From Octopus bimaculoides (lineage: Eukaryota): a stretch of 53,956 nucleotides of DNA. The translations under genes were made by a program, and so were the position numbers. This document shows positions 1 through 13,019 of this stretch, one piece after another; within the stretch, counting starts at the first letter, position 1, and every line of letters starts with the position of its first letter. A model generated the notes under the pieces. The model was not told where the DNA came from, made no database searches, and worked only from the letters and a program-made list of their open reading frames with translations. The stretch covers positions 15,016,338-15,070,293 of the forward strand of contig NC_068982.1 of the NCBI RefSeq assembly GCF_001194135.2, given 5' to 3'.

Positions 1-118
1 AGTACATATCTTATATTGTTTTATATATTTTATCAATTTACCTGTTGTATGGCTGGTATCCGCTTACTACTGGTGATGGTATTTTAATAGTACCATTGCT
101 CTTATATTTACTTTTATA

Positions 119-203
<85 letters not shown>

Positions 204-1251
204 TTTCCAACATGTTTGTCATTGTTTTATATAAAATGTTTTCTATGTACGTGTAAGGTCTATGTGACCGATAAAGAAAGGATTGTTTAAAGCAAAATAT
301 AATTCTGTGATTAAGCTTCCAAACCAACAACACATGCGCTATTCATGCATTATTTATGATGGAAGAATTATGAGATTATTTATTCAGATTTTTCTTTGCC
401 TCGTGTCTTGCTTGAGTTATTGAGAGAATGAATACTTCACGTATTGAATATTTGAAAATTCAGTCTTCTGCTGTCCAGAGTTTTGAAAAGAATTGTTTTT
501 ATTTATTTCTTTTTCTTTTTCTATTTTTTTCAATCTAGTAAAAACATAAACAAAAAACGAAAAATAATGAAGTGTTTTCTTTTTTATTTGTTGTCATCGT
601 TACTTCCATTATCGCTATCACTATTGTCATTTTAATATCTGTTCTTTGAAGCCTGCAAATCAGTTTTTCACTATGCATCTCCATACTGTACCATCTTGTG
701 ATCAACATCACAACAGACTTCCAAATATGTTTCATGGCTGATAATTAATATTGCATGAGGTTTTTTTAATTTTTTGTATTTAAATTTACATGTATTTCAT
801 ATGCGACTGCTGTCCAGCATGGGTGAGCTCCCATGATGTAGGGTCCTCCACAGTGTTTTTATTCTCCCTTGAAGAATTTCATTTCACCTTCTCTTACCTG
901 TGGCTGGCTTTTTCTCCCCTCAACACATACACACACACACACCTTCTGATTTGGTCTGAAGGAATGGAATGAGGTGATAGCATCGGCAGACTGTCACAGA
1001 CTGATGAAATCAATGCAGATGATGTTCTCTTGGAACAATTTGCAAGTTGACAGTTGCAAGAAGAGCCTGATCAAGTGAGAAATTCCAAAGGACTTCTGTT
1101 CTACGGAGGAAGGACCAGGAAAAATAGCTTATGTAGGACTCGGGGGGTGAACACAATTATTGGTGATGAGAGAAGAGACAAGTAAGTTAGGTGGTGATGA
1201 ATGGACATGGCATGAGATTTTGGTGATATATGTGTGTGTGTATTTTTTTTG

Positions 1252-1455
1252 TCTTTTATTGGTTTCAGTCATTTGACTGCGGCCATGCTGGAGCACCGCC
1301 TTTAATCAGGCAAATTGACCCCAGAACTTATTCTTTGTATGCCTAGTACTTATTCTATTGGTCACTTTTGCCAAACTGCTTAGTTACAGGGACATAAACA
1401 CACCAGCATCGGTTGTCAGGTGATGTTGGGGTGACAAACGCAGACACACAAATAT

Positions 1456-1506
<51 letters not shown>

Positions 1507-1661
1507 ACAGGCTTCTTTCTGTTTCCATCTACCAAATCCACTCACAAGGCTTTGGTCGGCCGGAGGCTATTGTGGAAGACACTTGCTCAGGGTGCCATGC
1601 AGTGGGACTGAACCTGGAAGCATGTGTCTGGTAGGTAAGCTACTTACCACACTCCTGCACC
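1252..1661 (-). mobile_element. tRNA-derived CORE-type SINE (family A), near full length
   Basis: Head ggttcagtcccactgcatggcaccctgagcaagtgtc (B-box/CORE-like), a central microsatellite and a tail ending gactgaaac. Many copies occur in the window. Confidence 0.8.
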
Positions 1662-1776
1662 TATATATATATATTTTATTAATATTCAGCAGAAACAACA
1701 TGGTGGTTCAAGGGTTGAGAGTTTCTTCCATTAACACTTATCAAACATAGCATCTGCCCATATATATATATATATA

Positions 1777-2118
1777 NNNNNNNNNNNNNNNNNNNNNNNN
1801 NNNNNNNNNNNNNNNNNNNNNNNNNNNNNNNNNNNNNNNNNNNNNNNNNNNNNNNNNNNNNNNNNNNNNNNNNNNNNNNNNNNNNNNNNNNNNNNNNNNN
1901 NNNNNNNNNNNNNNNNNNNNNNNNNNNNNNNNNNNNNNNNNNNNNNNNNNNNNNNNNNNNNNNNNNNNNNNNNNNNNNNNNNNNNNNNNNNNNNNNNNNN
2001 NNNNNNNNNNNNNNNNNNNNNNNNNNNNNNNNNNNNNNNNNNNNNNNNNNNNNNNNNNNNNNNNNNNNNNNNNNNNNNNNNNNNNNNNNNNNNNNNNNNN
2101 NNNNNNNNNNNNNNNNNN
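1777..2118. other. Assembly gap (N)
   Basis: N run. Confidence 1.
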
Positions 2119-2194
2119 AAACACTGAATAATAAAAGATAGTAATTTTTTCACAGAACAACTCAGATGTGCTCAATATATTGAGCAGTGATATC

Positions 2195-2590
2195 AAAATT
2201 CAAAACTGTGCTTGCAAAGACCTGTTGAGTCAAGTGAAGTCATTGTCGTGGCCGATGACAGTACTGCCTGATTGGCACCAATGCTGGTGGCACATAAAAA
2301 GCACCATTCAAGCGTGGTCATTGCCAGTGCCGCCTGATTGTCACTCGTGCCAGTGGCATGTAAAAAGCACCATTTGAGTGTGGTTGATGCCAGTGCCACT
2401 TGACTGTAAAATGCACTCACTACACTCTCGGAGTAGTTGGCGTTGGGCAGGGCATCCAGCTGTAGAAACCTTGCCAAATCAGATTGGAGCCTGGTACAGC
2501 TTCCTGGCTTGTCAGTCCTCAGTCAAACCATCCAACCCATGCCAGCATGGAAAGCAGACATTAAAAGATGATGATGATGATGATGATGAT
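2195..2590 (+). mobile_element. SINE family B (RTE-like 3' end, (GAT)n tail)
   Basis: gggcatccagctgtagaaacc...aacccatgccagcatggaaagcagacattaaa followed by (gat)n, with an internal aaaagcacca repeat. Confidence 0.75.
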
Positions 2591-2649
2591 GATGTGTGTG
2601 TGTGTGTGCATGTATATCTATATATATATGTATAGGTATGCATATATGT

Positions 2650-2708
<59 letters not shown>

Positions 2709-3126
2709 TATGTGTATATGTAGATAGATAGGTTCTTTTGACATTGAGCTATCTACCTCCCCCACCCCTACTTATATTTATCTCCTCACTATGGTAGACA
2801 GCTTCCCACTAACAAGCTTCACCTTGTCACTTCCCCTCACCTCTCATTTCCTTCACTCTTAATTACTTTTTCTCATTCTCACTATTTATACAACCTATTT
2901 ATTCAATATTAATTATGAACATTGTATTTCTCTATCTCTGTCTCTATCTCTCTCTCTCTCTCTCGTTTAATGACCACTCCTACCCTAAGCAGTAAGCTTG
3001 TCCTCTTCCTCAAAGCAAAGTAATTTATTGCACCTTGTGAAAGATTTGTACGTTATTATTATTTGCCAACACAGACCATTACTAATTTCCTCAGATTCTA
3101 GTAATTCATGTTTTTGCTTCTGTGAA

Positions 3127-3478
3127 TTTTTTTTTTTTTTTATATATACCCAGGCCTATTCCCCATATTTTAGTGGGTGGTAGCCACAACAAGACACACT
3201 CCAGGCATTCCATTCATTTCCCAGCTCAGAGAGGCAAGCCCTGTTTTATGCTCAGGTCAAGGCATAGAGCGCACTCCCCCCCTCCATATCAGCAGTGGGG
3301 CCTGACAGTGTATGCTGGTTTAACCCCGCCGCATCATGCTTGTTCCGTACCCCTTTAAGCAACATCAAATTCACTCATCTGCCATGAACACTCTCCAAGC
3401 TTTCCTATCATTTATAAATTTTTTTGCCTTTCTCACTCCGACACCTCTAACCATCAAAGCTTTTCTCACTCCATCCAA
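3127..3478 (-). mobile_element. 5'-truncated RTE-type LINE 3' end with poly(A)
   Basis: Minus frame 3478-3371 reads LDGVRKALMVRGVGVRKAKKFINDRKAWRVFMADE-stop, resembling an RTE ORF C-terminus. A 3' UTR follows and ends in an A-tail (T run 3127-3141). Confidence 0.7.
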
Positions 3479-3791
3479 GAGTGATGAAGGCAGAAGTGGT
3501 AGGCAGCAGAACTAGATGACGTACGAGTTCAGCTTTTACCAAACAACCTGCATGAATGATTTGCTTATAGTGATCAAGTGTTCATACCACACATTAACTC
3601 ACTCCCTTCATCAAATCAATGTTGCCTGAACAGGTGCACAGTGTGCCACACATCAGGTATCGAAGTGATAGCAGAACAATGTGAGATGAAATGCTTTGCT
3701 CAAGAACACAACACATCACCCGGTCTTAGAATTGAAATCGTGATCTAGTGATCGTGAGTGCGACACCCTAATAACTAAGCCATGCACCCTC

Positions 3792-3792
<1 letters not shown>

Positions 3793-3855
<63 letters not shown>

Positions 3856-3870
3856 TAATAATAATAATAA
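3793..3870. repeat. (TAA)n microsatellite
   Basis: About 25 near-perfect TAA units. Confidence 0.95.
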
Positions 3871-4394
3871 GTTATGATAATTGCTTCCTAAAGCACTAGG
3901 CCTCAAATTTGGAGGGAAACGACGGCTAATTATATCAGCCCCTGTACTTAACCGAGATTATCTCCCCTTCTCCTTCAATAAGAACTAGCAGTAACATTAA
4001 TCTTGATGGAATTTGAACTGAAAACAAGGATTAAAAGTTGATATTGGAAGGAAAACTTGACGGAAATATAGTTTAACAGTCAGTGAACACTTAGAATTCA
4101 TCATTTTAAAAGTGTACTTTAATGTAAGCCAGGAAATATTTTTGTATCAAAATATCATTCACTCATAAAAGCTATATAAATATATTATATATCTCTAAAT
4201 ACATTTTGTATTTGAAATATTTTGTTTTTGTTTTTTGTTTGTTCTCTTTTGTTTTGTTTTGTTTTTTGTTTTTTGCTAACTTTACATCTGTTTGTAAGTG
4301 ATTCTCTCTTAGACTATCAATATTTACTCTACAAACTTTTCTAAATCACTTTAGCATTGTCATCTTCACGAGTCTCCTCATTTTCACTGTTGAC

Positions 4395-4398
4395 ATCG

Positions 4399-4443
<45 letters not shown>

Positions 4444-4470
4444 CCACCACCACCATCACCGTCATCATCA
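4395..4470. repeat. (CAT)n/(CAC)n microsatellite
   Basis: Directly visible trinucleotide run. Confidence 0.95.
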
Positions 4471-5359
4471 TTTTAGCATCCATTTTCTCTTGCTGACAAT
4501 ATAAGTAGGAAAATATTAACTTGTCCTCCAGCATGGATATATTCCATCAAGCTACGAATTTCTATAATGACAAATAAGAATATGTTGAAAATATCCAACA
4601 GAGAAATCAGAAATCAGAAAAGAAACAGCATCTGAGTTAAACCCCCTCCTCACCCAACCACCACCACTTTCATACACTATGAGTGTCAAAACCAATATAA
4701 GCTACAATCTTCTGTATCTGATAACTAAGTATTTTCCTATACCATGCTTTGCAGCTACTTCAAAATATTTCATTTCAAAAGTCTAACCACAACCAAAATC
4801 ATACAAACAGAAACGCCACCACCTTAACTGAGAGAATTCAGTTGTAAGAATACTATGTCTTGTCTAGTTAATCACAAATGCCTCACCAAGGCACATGTGT
4901 ATGGAACAAAGATAATGACTGCAAATGTTACATAGAGGAACTAAACTGGTCTTATGAAAAATGCATTTGTTATAAGGTACATGGCACATACTCATTTACA
5001 GTCAGAGATAAGAGTAACTCCTCTGCTCTTCCCCAATACAGCAGGAATTTGATGAATGGCAGAATAAGATAATTAACATGCTGGTAATTTCAAACATCAT
5101 CAAAGTTACAGCCACTTATTTCAGTGATATTAAATGGTGCCTCTGCTGGTCAGAGAAGTTTTATTGTTTGACATGCAATGTTTAACAGAAAGTGTGAGAT
5201 ATTCTACAGGTGTAAGTATTATAACAAATTCCCCCTGAAAACTTTTACTGATCAAATAATCATCTTTGCCATCACCAATATAGATCATTGGCTAAAGGCA
5301 TTCAGCAACAACACACATTAGTAATTTCCCTTTATACAGCTTTGTATATGCATCAATGT

Positions 5360-5700
5360 CACATAACTGGCACCTGTGCCAGTGACATTAAAAAAGCATC
5401 CTTCAAACTTTGGGCCTCACAGAGGTAGTGATAAGTAACCAAGACTTTTGGCTATATACCGTGCTTGAGAAGACCTGTCAACCCAAGTGAGATTGTAGTC
5501 ATTGCCAATGCTGGTGTTTCTTAACTGGCACTCATGTTGGTGATTCATAAAATGCATCCACTATACTCTTTCAGTGGTTGGCATTAGGAAGGGCATCCTG
5601 CAGTAGAAACCATGCCAACTCAGACTGGAACCTAGTGCAGCTCCCCATCCAACCCATGCCAGCATGCAAAACAGACATTAAACAATGATGACGATGATGT
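5360..5700 (+). mobile_element. SINE family B copy
   Basis: Same diagnostic blocks and (gat)n tail as 2195-2590. Confidence 0.7.
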
Positions 5701-6879
5701 ATCATCATTGATTGAATGTCCACTTTACCATGCTTGCATGGGTCAGGCAGAATTCATTGAGGTAGATTTTTTTTTGGCTGAATACCCTTGCTGTTACCAA
5801 TCCTTACCTGATTCCATGTAAAGTAATATTTTCCTATGATTGGACACATTGTCGCGAAAGACTAGAAATAAGGGACACTGCTTATATGACAGTGACACTC
5901 ATTTACAACTATTACATGATGTCAAGACAAGGAGACACAAACACTCACACACACCTATAAGTATACATGTGTGTGTGTGTGTAGATAGGTAGGTAGATGT
6001 GTATATGTATATGATATGCTTCTTTCAGTCCAACTACCAAATACACTCGCAATCTTGTTTACCCGTATTTTTATCTTTTAGTTGTTTTTTTTTAAACTGA
6101 GATAGTTCTTTGCTATCTTTTTATCTAAAAATACACTTTTAAAAAATGCTTTTGGTATTGTTGAAAGACATAGAATCATAAGTTTCTATAAAAACAAATT
6201 TTACATAATATTAGTTACCAGATTGAATTTCTAGCTAACTTTTTCGAGCAAGCCAATATCAAACTAAATTCAGAGTCTACTGTTTATTGTTCATTTGAAA
6301 ACCAAAATTATATTTTAAAGATATTTCTTAGCTATAAGTTGTTTATAATGCTGCAAACATAAATAGCTGAATATTTTTAACTATTAAGTTTGAACCATTA
6401 TATGATAAGACTCAAATTTGAAAAGTCTAAAATCTATTAAAGCAGTTTATGGCATTTTATGTTTTGTTTTGGTTCTTTTTTCATAATTTTTTAACATTTC
6501 TTTTATTGATGTCTGCATTTTATAAAGACCACCTAAATTCTATTAATTGAATTGTTTATGCCTCTGTTGCCTTTGTATTTCATCACTCAGAGGTCAATAA
6601 AATAAGTAGACATTTATGTACTGGTGTCATGTGCTGAGTATGAAATATTTTAAAGCAGTAGTTTCCAAACTTTTTTAATTTTCTTCTTTTTAATGACAGC
6701 TTCAGCTTCTTAAAATTTATGTTGAGTCTTGCATTGAATTATTGAATATCATCACCATTATGAGAGACAGCATTTCAAATCATATCTGACCTGATTCACT
6801 TCTTTTACCGTTACTTTGTCATCACCAGGACATGCAATATCAATGATAAAACAGATACTTCTTTTCTTTATATATGCAT

Positions 6880-7032
6880 GTAGTTGTAAGGTGAGGAGCT
6901 TGCTTCCCAACCACATGGTCCCAGGTTCAGTCCCACTGCGTGGCACCTTGGGCAAGTGTCTTCTACTATAGCCTCGAGCTGACCAAAGCCTTGTCAGTGG
7001 ATTTGTTAGACGGAAACTGAAAGAAGCCTGTC

Positions 7033-7067
<35 letters not shown>

Positions 7068-7194
7068 TGTCTAGTTTGTCCTTCCATCACTCCTTGTCAA
7101 CCAATATTTGTGTGTTTATGTCCTCGTAACTTAGTGGTTTGGCAAAAGAGACTGATAGAATAAGTACTAGGCTTAAGAAATAAGTCCAGGGGTT
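6880..7194 (+). mobile_element. SINE family A copy
   Basis: ggttcagtcccactgcgtggcaccttgggcaagtgtc head, (GT)n linker and partial tail. Confidence 0.75.
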
Positions 7195-7409
7195 GATACA
7201 TATATATATATATATATATATATTGAAATGTCTTAGACTTACTTCTGCGCTATTTCCACCTCCATCTTTTATAAATATATATATATATATATACATACAC
7301 ACATACACGCACACACACACACACAGATACACATGTGTTATCAGTTGTATCGATCCAATGTACAGCATAATTGCCACTCCTTTTGGTGCAGTTTTTCGTT
7401 TTGTCTATA

Positions 7410-7580
7410 TATCATATTTTCTTCAGCATCAGCCTCACCGTTTCCTCCAGAATTTTCTTCTGTCATAGGAACATTTTGCTTTCAAAGCACAACATCTCAA
7501 CTCACCAAATCTCATCAACCATTCACATCACATACTTATACCAACACATTTATCTCGCTTCCATTATCTCATCTCTACAC
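7410..7580 (-). mobile_element. Highly degenerate RTE-type LINE ORF fragment
   Basis: Stop-riddled minus-strand reading EIMEAR*MCWYKYVM*MVDE resembles the RTE RLRWYGHVMRM motif. Confidence 0.45.
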
Positions 7581-8019
7581 ATCGACTGGTTCCTTTAATC
7601 CTCAGTCCCTTTTTTTTTAGCCCACACACCCTCCACCTCTCATGCTAGTTAACATTACACATCCAACAGATATATGTCTTTGTACCTTTTTAGCCTTCAC
7701 AGATTTCTCTGCTTTGTCTCTCTATCATGCAACATCTCTCCTGAACTATTCGGTAATACCTGCTTTATATATACACACACATACACACATATAGACAATC
7801 TTTGCTTATGTGTGTGTATTTACCTGTATCTATATACATTATGCACAAACTCATACACACACACACACACACATTAGGTTTTATTACTTCTATAGACCTC
7901 AGATTGGGAATCACTTTGTTGAGCCATGTGCAAAAATTCCCCTCCCCTCACTTCTTTCTGTCTGTATATATACACATACAGAGAGAGAGATGTTTATTTA
8001 CGTGGATAGGGCATACACA

Positions 8020-8067
<48 letters not shown>

Positions 8068-8417
8068 CACGCAGTTATACTTGCATACACATACAGCCAC
8101 ATATAAGTGTATACACATACATAAACACACGCTGAACGCAATAAAGCTAAACAGACATAAAAACCTTTGGAAGAAGTCATGAAATACTGAGAGATAAGGC
8201 AAGATCCTGTTCTTTACAGGTATCAGTGACTTCCAAACATCAAACTAATGTTATCATAGCAAATCAGAATGAAACAGAAGACATGTTTGCTTGATACTGT
8301 TAATGTTGATGGGTATCACATGATATTTATTTCCTGTAAATTATTTTATTATTCCCAGTTATGTTCATTTTGTATGTGGTTCGTTAATTCTGTTCCTATT
8401 TTACATTTGTTTTGCAG

Positions 8418-8576
8418 GAATTGAAAGAAGCTGAAGAAAAAAAGCATGATTGCTCAGGGAAAGAAAACAGAGCTCCATCCAAAATCAATCACAAAGAGGA
8501 GTTAAATCATAACCAAAATAAAGATGTGGCCTTAACAAAACCTTCAGAGCCTGTACAAGAATCTAGATCTATAAAG
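8418..8576 (+). CDS. SLC39A13: ZIP13 internal exon (cytoplasmic loop between TM3 and TM4), phase 0-0
   Basis: tttgcag acceptor and aag|gttggt donor. 159 nt open frame ELKEAEEKKHDC...PVQESRSIK. The terminal RSIK matches the ZIP13 exon end that precedes VSGYLNL in vertebrates. Confidence 0.8.
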
Positions 8577-8984
8577 GTTGGTGAAGAATAAACGGTTTAA
8601 TACACACTTCCTAAATGTGGTCAAAATTGGTTCCTGAGACCCATAATACCCTCTTCTCTCCAGTCAATTGTCCAGTGTGCATGTGCCTTATGATGGCACT
8701 GTAGACAATGTAAAATATATCATGCATATATATGTGTGTGTGTGATATGTAAGCATGAGTAAACAAGAGAGACAGAGACAGACAGGAACAAGGAAAATTC
8801 CCCTTGTATTTGAATACTATGCAAATATTCTTTTAAAATACTTTTCATTTAATTTTTCCAAAATTTCATTGTTTTCCATGCTTACAGTTGAAGAAGTCTC
8901 AAACATATGGTTTATATTCATTTAAAGAAGAAGAAAATGAAGATTGTGAAGTTAATAATTGTTTATTATTAACAACAAATTGAT

Positions 8985-9078
8985 CATCTTCACTTACAGC
9001 TGTTTCTATTAATACTCAATAAACATTAAATTTACGTTTATATGACATGAGCACAATATCATCAGAGGGAAAAAGATG
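8985..9078 (-). ncRNA. Type-I hammerhead ribozyme-like motif with long stem II
   Basis: Minus strand reads CUGAUGA, a 52-nt pairable stem II, GAA, palindromic stem III ACAGCUGU, then A. The cleavage triplet is GUA. Stem I pairs AG(U)GAA..GAUG with CAUC..UUC(C)CU. Confidence 0.6.
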
Positions 9079-9123
9079 TACCTTTGGATGCTATATATGT
9101 GTTTGTGAATTCATTTTAGCAGA

Positions 9124-9164
<41 letters not shown>

Positions 9165-9177
9165 CACACACATAAAC

Positions 9178-9404
9178 TCCAAATTGAGGGAGTGGAGCAG
9201 GTAAAATTCAGGCTACCTATGTTTCCTAGATAGTAGATCCTCTGATGTAATAATTACTCAACAAGGGGGTATTCAGCTAGATATTTTCGACCTAATGAGT
9301 AGCTAGTTAAATACCCCTCATTGAGTAATTATTACATCAGAGGATCTGCTATCTAGGAAACCTATGTAGCCTGATTTTTACCTACTCCACTTCCTCAATT
9401 TGGA
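9178..9404. repeat. Fold-back palindrome (about 105 bp arms) containing a degenerate hammerhead core
   Basis: 9178-~9283 is the reverse complement of ~9300-9404 at roughly 85-90% identity by eye. CUAAUGA (9292-9298) and GAAACCUAUGUA (9357-9368) lie on the + strand. Confidence 0.85.
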
Positions 9405-9679
9405 TTTTTATTTGCATTCGTAGTAACTCAAGTTGCTAAACGTAAGCTATAAAAAAAGTTTTTCACTTTATCAAAGTTCGAATTGGGAAAAGCTTACAAC
9501 CTTTGATTCTTATAAATTATTATTGTTCCTCTGCATTGTTTATTTTACCTACTTTGGACTACTTGAAGCTTACAAGCTTCCTCCATTTAGATCCTTGGAT
9601 CTTATAATTACATGTGTGTCTGTGTGTTAAATGAGACAACAAAGCCGAGGCTGTGTGGAATTTATAAAGGGAAAGGTAG

Positions 9680-9725
9680 TCTTACAGCTGTTTCTGGGAT
9701 ATTAGGGATATCCCTTCATCAGAGA
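9680..9725 (-). ncRNA. Minimal type-I hammerhead ribozyme-like motif
   Basis: Minus strand: UCU-CUGAUGA-A-GGGAUA(UCCCUAA)UAUCCC-A-GAA-ACAGCUGU-A-AGA. Confidence 0.6.
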
Positions 9726-9755
9726 TGATATGAGAGAGTTAACTAGAGGGAAATA

Positions 9756-9798
<43 letters not shown>

Positions 9799-9879
9799 AA
9801 TAAAAGGGTAAAGGAATATTAATTTATTAATAAATTAATAATTAATAATTTTTACCAAGCACTTCGGTATGTAAACACC

Positions 9880-10217
9880 NNNNNNNNNNNNNNNNNNNNN
9901 NNNNNNNNNNNNNNNNNNNNNNNNNNNNNNNNNNNNNNNNNNNNNNNNNNNNNNNNNNNNNNNNNNNNNNNNNNNNNNNNNNNNNNNNNNNNNNNNNNNN
10001 NNNNNNNNNNNNNNNNNNNNNNNNNNNNNNNNNNNNNNNNNNNNNNNNNNNNNNNNNNNNNNNNNNNNNNNNNNNNNNNNNNNNNNNNNNNNNNNNNNNN
10101 NNNNNNNNNNNNNNNNNNNNNNNNNNNNNNNNNNNNNNNNNNNNNNNNNNNNNNNNNNNNNNNNNNNNNNNNNNNNNNNNNNNNNNNNNNNNNNNNNNNN
10201 NNNNNNNNNNNNNNNNN
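9880..10217. other. Assembly gap (N), likely hides a ZIP13 exon
   Basis: N run inside the 8577-17956 interval where the TM4 exon is expected. Confidence 1.
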
Positions 10218-10672
10218 TATATATATATATATATATGAAATACTATTATTAAGTACTTACAACTCCAAGTAAATGCTTTGAGTGCTATGTACATTTATTC
10301 ACCCACCCATATTTATACGTCTACCTTTATGGTGCTTTATTTTACTGGAAAGTAATACATTTGTATTGCAATATTTTATTTTTCATTGAAAACTTTTTCA
10401 CTGTTCTCATTCTGTTACCTGACTTGGAAACAGATGAAGGTTGGCAACAGGGAGGGCATCCAGCTGTAGAAAAATCTGCCTCAATAAGCTCCACTTGATT
10501 CATGCAGTCATGGAAAAGTGGAGATTAAAACGATCATGATGATGATGATAATGATCATCATTATATAGGAATCTACCTACTGCACCAGCATCCTCATTAG
10601 ATATGCAAAAATTAGATATTTCCAATTTATTCAACAATACTTATTAGGTGTACAATGTTGGTTTATCCATTT

Positions 10673-10712
<40 letters not shown>

Positions 10713-11432
10713 ATGGTGGTATTTGAAAATATAGTTATTTCAAGTAGAGTTAATAAGATTACAAGCATCTCTTGCTGCACAGAAACATTGCATTCCTAAA
10801 AATTTTGCTGTAACTTGGAATTCTATAACACAAGAGCTACTTTACCATTTAACTTCCATTTTCTGTAACATAGAGGTCAATGGGAAAATAGATTTCTCAT
10901 TATGGAATTTCCATGCGATAGCCTGCCATTGCATAGGAGATGCATCATCATCATCATCATTTAACGTCCACTTTTTCATGCTTGCATGGGTCAGACAGAA
11001 ATTTACTGTGGTTGAATGCTCTTCCTGTCACTAACCCTCATCTGTCTCTCAGCAAGGTAATGTTTTCTCATAACCAGACAGAAATTTCTCATAACCAGAC
11101 AGGTTTTTCAGGGAAGTCTGGAAACAAACAACATCGCTATTACGATGGGGGTGCTTGTTAACAACCATCACATGATGTTTAGACAAGGGCACACACATGC
11201 ATATCAACATATATGATGGGCTTCTTCCAGTTTCTAGCTACCAAATCCACTCACAAGTCTTTGGTCAGCCAGGGACTATATTGGAACACATTTGCCCAAG
11301 GTGTTGTGCAATGGAACTGAACTCAAGACTACATGGTTGAGAAGCAAGCTTCTTATCCACACAGTTACACCTGTTGCTATGTAATTATAGCCTTTATCAT
11401 TTCATCTTTTGTTTTTAGAGACATCGTGTATT

Positions 11433-11804
11433 CGGCATTAGGAAGGGCATCCAGCTGTAAAAACCTTGCCAAAGCTAACCTCGCCTGTGCTTGTGCCACA
11501 TAAAAAGCACGAAGTCCACTTTGCTGAGTGGTTGGTGTTAGGAAGGGCATCCAGCTGTAAAAACATTGCCAAAACTGACTTCACCTCTGCTTGTGCCCCA
11601 TAAAAAGCACTACTCACCTCACCTGTGCATGAAAAGCACTAACTCCACTCTGCTGAGTGGTTGGTGTTAGGAAGGGCATCCAGCTGTAAAAATCCTGCCA
11701 AAACAGTCACAGAAGGCTGGTGCAGGCTTCTGCCTGGCTTGCTCTTGTGGTACTGTCTCACCCATGCTAGCATGGAACACAGACATTAAGTGATGATGAG
11801 GATG
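11433..11804 (+). mobile_element. SINE family B with internal triplication
   Basis: ttaggaagggcatccagctgtaaaaa recurs at about 11438, 11538 and 11668 before a single 3' end. Confidence 0.75.
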
Positions 11805-12649
11805 TGTATCTCGTACTATGATGTCCAATGTGTTATTTCTTTTCTAAGAAAGTAGGGTATGATTTTTAAGTACAATTAGCTGCTATTTCTTGCAAATTGG
11901 GCAGCCATGTAAAAGCTCCTTCCATAATTTGGCCTCAGTTGCAATAATCTATAGTGGTTACTTCTGACAAATTTTACCGTGACATGGACAATAAAGGTCA
12001 GGGAGAACAATGACCTCGTGTATATTTTTTTTAAATCAACATATTGGTTTCTTAACTTGTTATGATAGGAAACCAGATTGCTGAAAGAAACATCTTAGAA
12101 CTCCTACTGGAAATCTTAAGTAACAAAATCAGAATAACATTCTTAAGTCTCACAACATACAACATGGTTCCAAAAGTTCTCCCTCTCTCTCTCTCTCTCG
12201 TTCCCTCACTCTCTTTCCCCTTCTCTCTCTCTTCCTCCCTCTCTCTATGTCTCTCTCTCTGTTTCTCAATCTCACCTTTTTCTTTTTGATCTTGTACTAC
12301 CTGTTTCTTATGCCATTGAGAGATAAGTTTGATTCAGCCGTTGTTGTGTACATCTTATAGCAACATGCTTTTGTGAGATAAATGTCATTGAATATTATTT
12401 AGGTTTGGCTTCTAGCTTCTGCTTGATTCTTTTATGTCATTAATCTTTGATTTCTGTTTTTGTACTACAGATAATGTATTTGTGTGTGTATTAATGTATA
12501 TGCATACCTTTTATATTACCTGCTCTCTGCCCAAATGTAAAATTCTGAATTTAGAAGTTCCTTTAATTCTACATTGATAGTATATCATACTATAAATTTC
12601 CTATAATCTTTACCTGTTAACTAAAATTTAACTGTTTCTCCTCCTCCTA

Positions 12650-12690
<41 letters not shown>

Positions 12691-12850
12691 AAATGATATA
12701 TGAGCATATGCATGTATACATACATATATGTACATACCTACATCTACATGTATATATAGATGCATATCCGGGTACAGGATGGCAAAAAAGGAACAGGAGC
12801 ATAAACAAAGCACAAAAAACGGATGAACACATAGGAAAACAGACGAGCCA

Positions 12851-12917
<67 letters not shown>

Positions 12918-12962
12918 CATATAAGCTGAGAGGCTGCACTAGATTCCAATCTGATTTGGCAT

Positions 12963-13000
<38 letters not shown>

Positions 13001-13019
13001 TATATATATATATATCCTG

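Noticed and set aside
8220-8293. Acceptor-like tctttacag followed by VSVTSKHQ... as an extra ZIP13 exon
   Set aside because: In-frame stop, no good donor and no ZIP similarity.
10676-10709. 34-nt poly(T) as the tail of a processed pseudogene
   Set aside because: No recognisable ORF, polyadenylation signal in register or TSD next to it.
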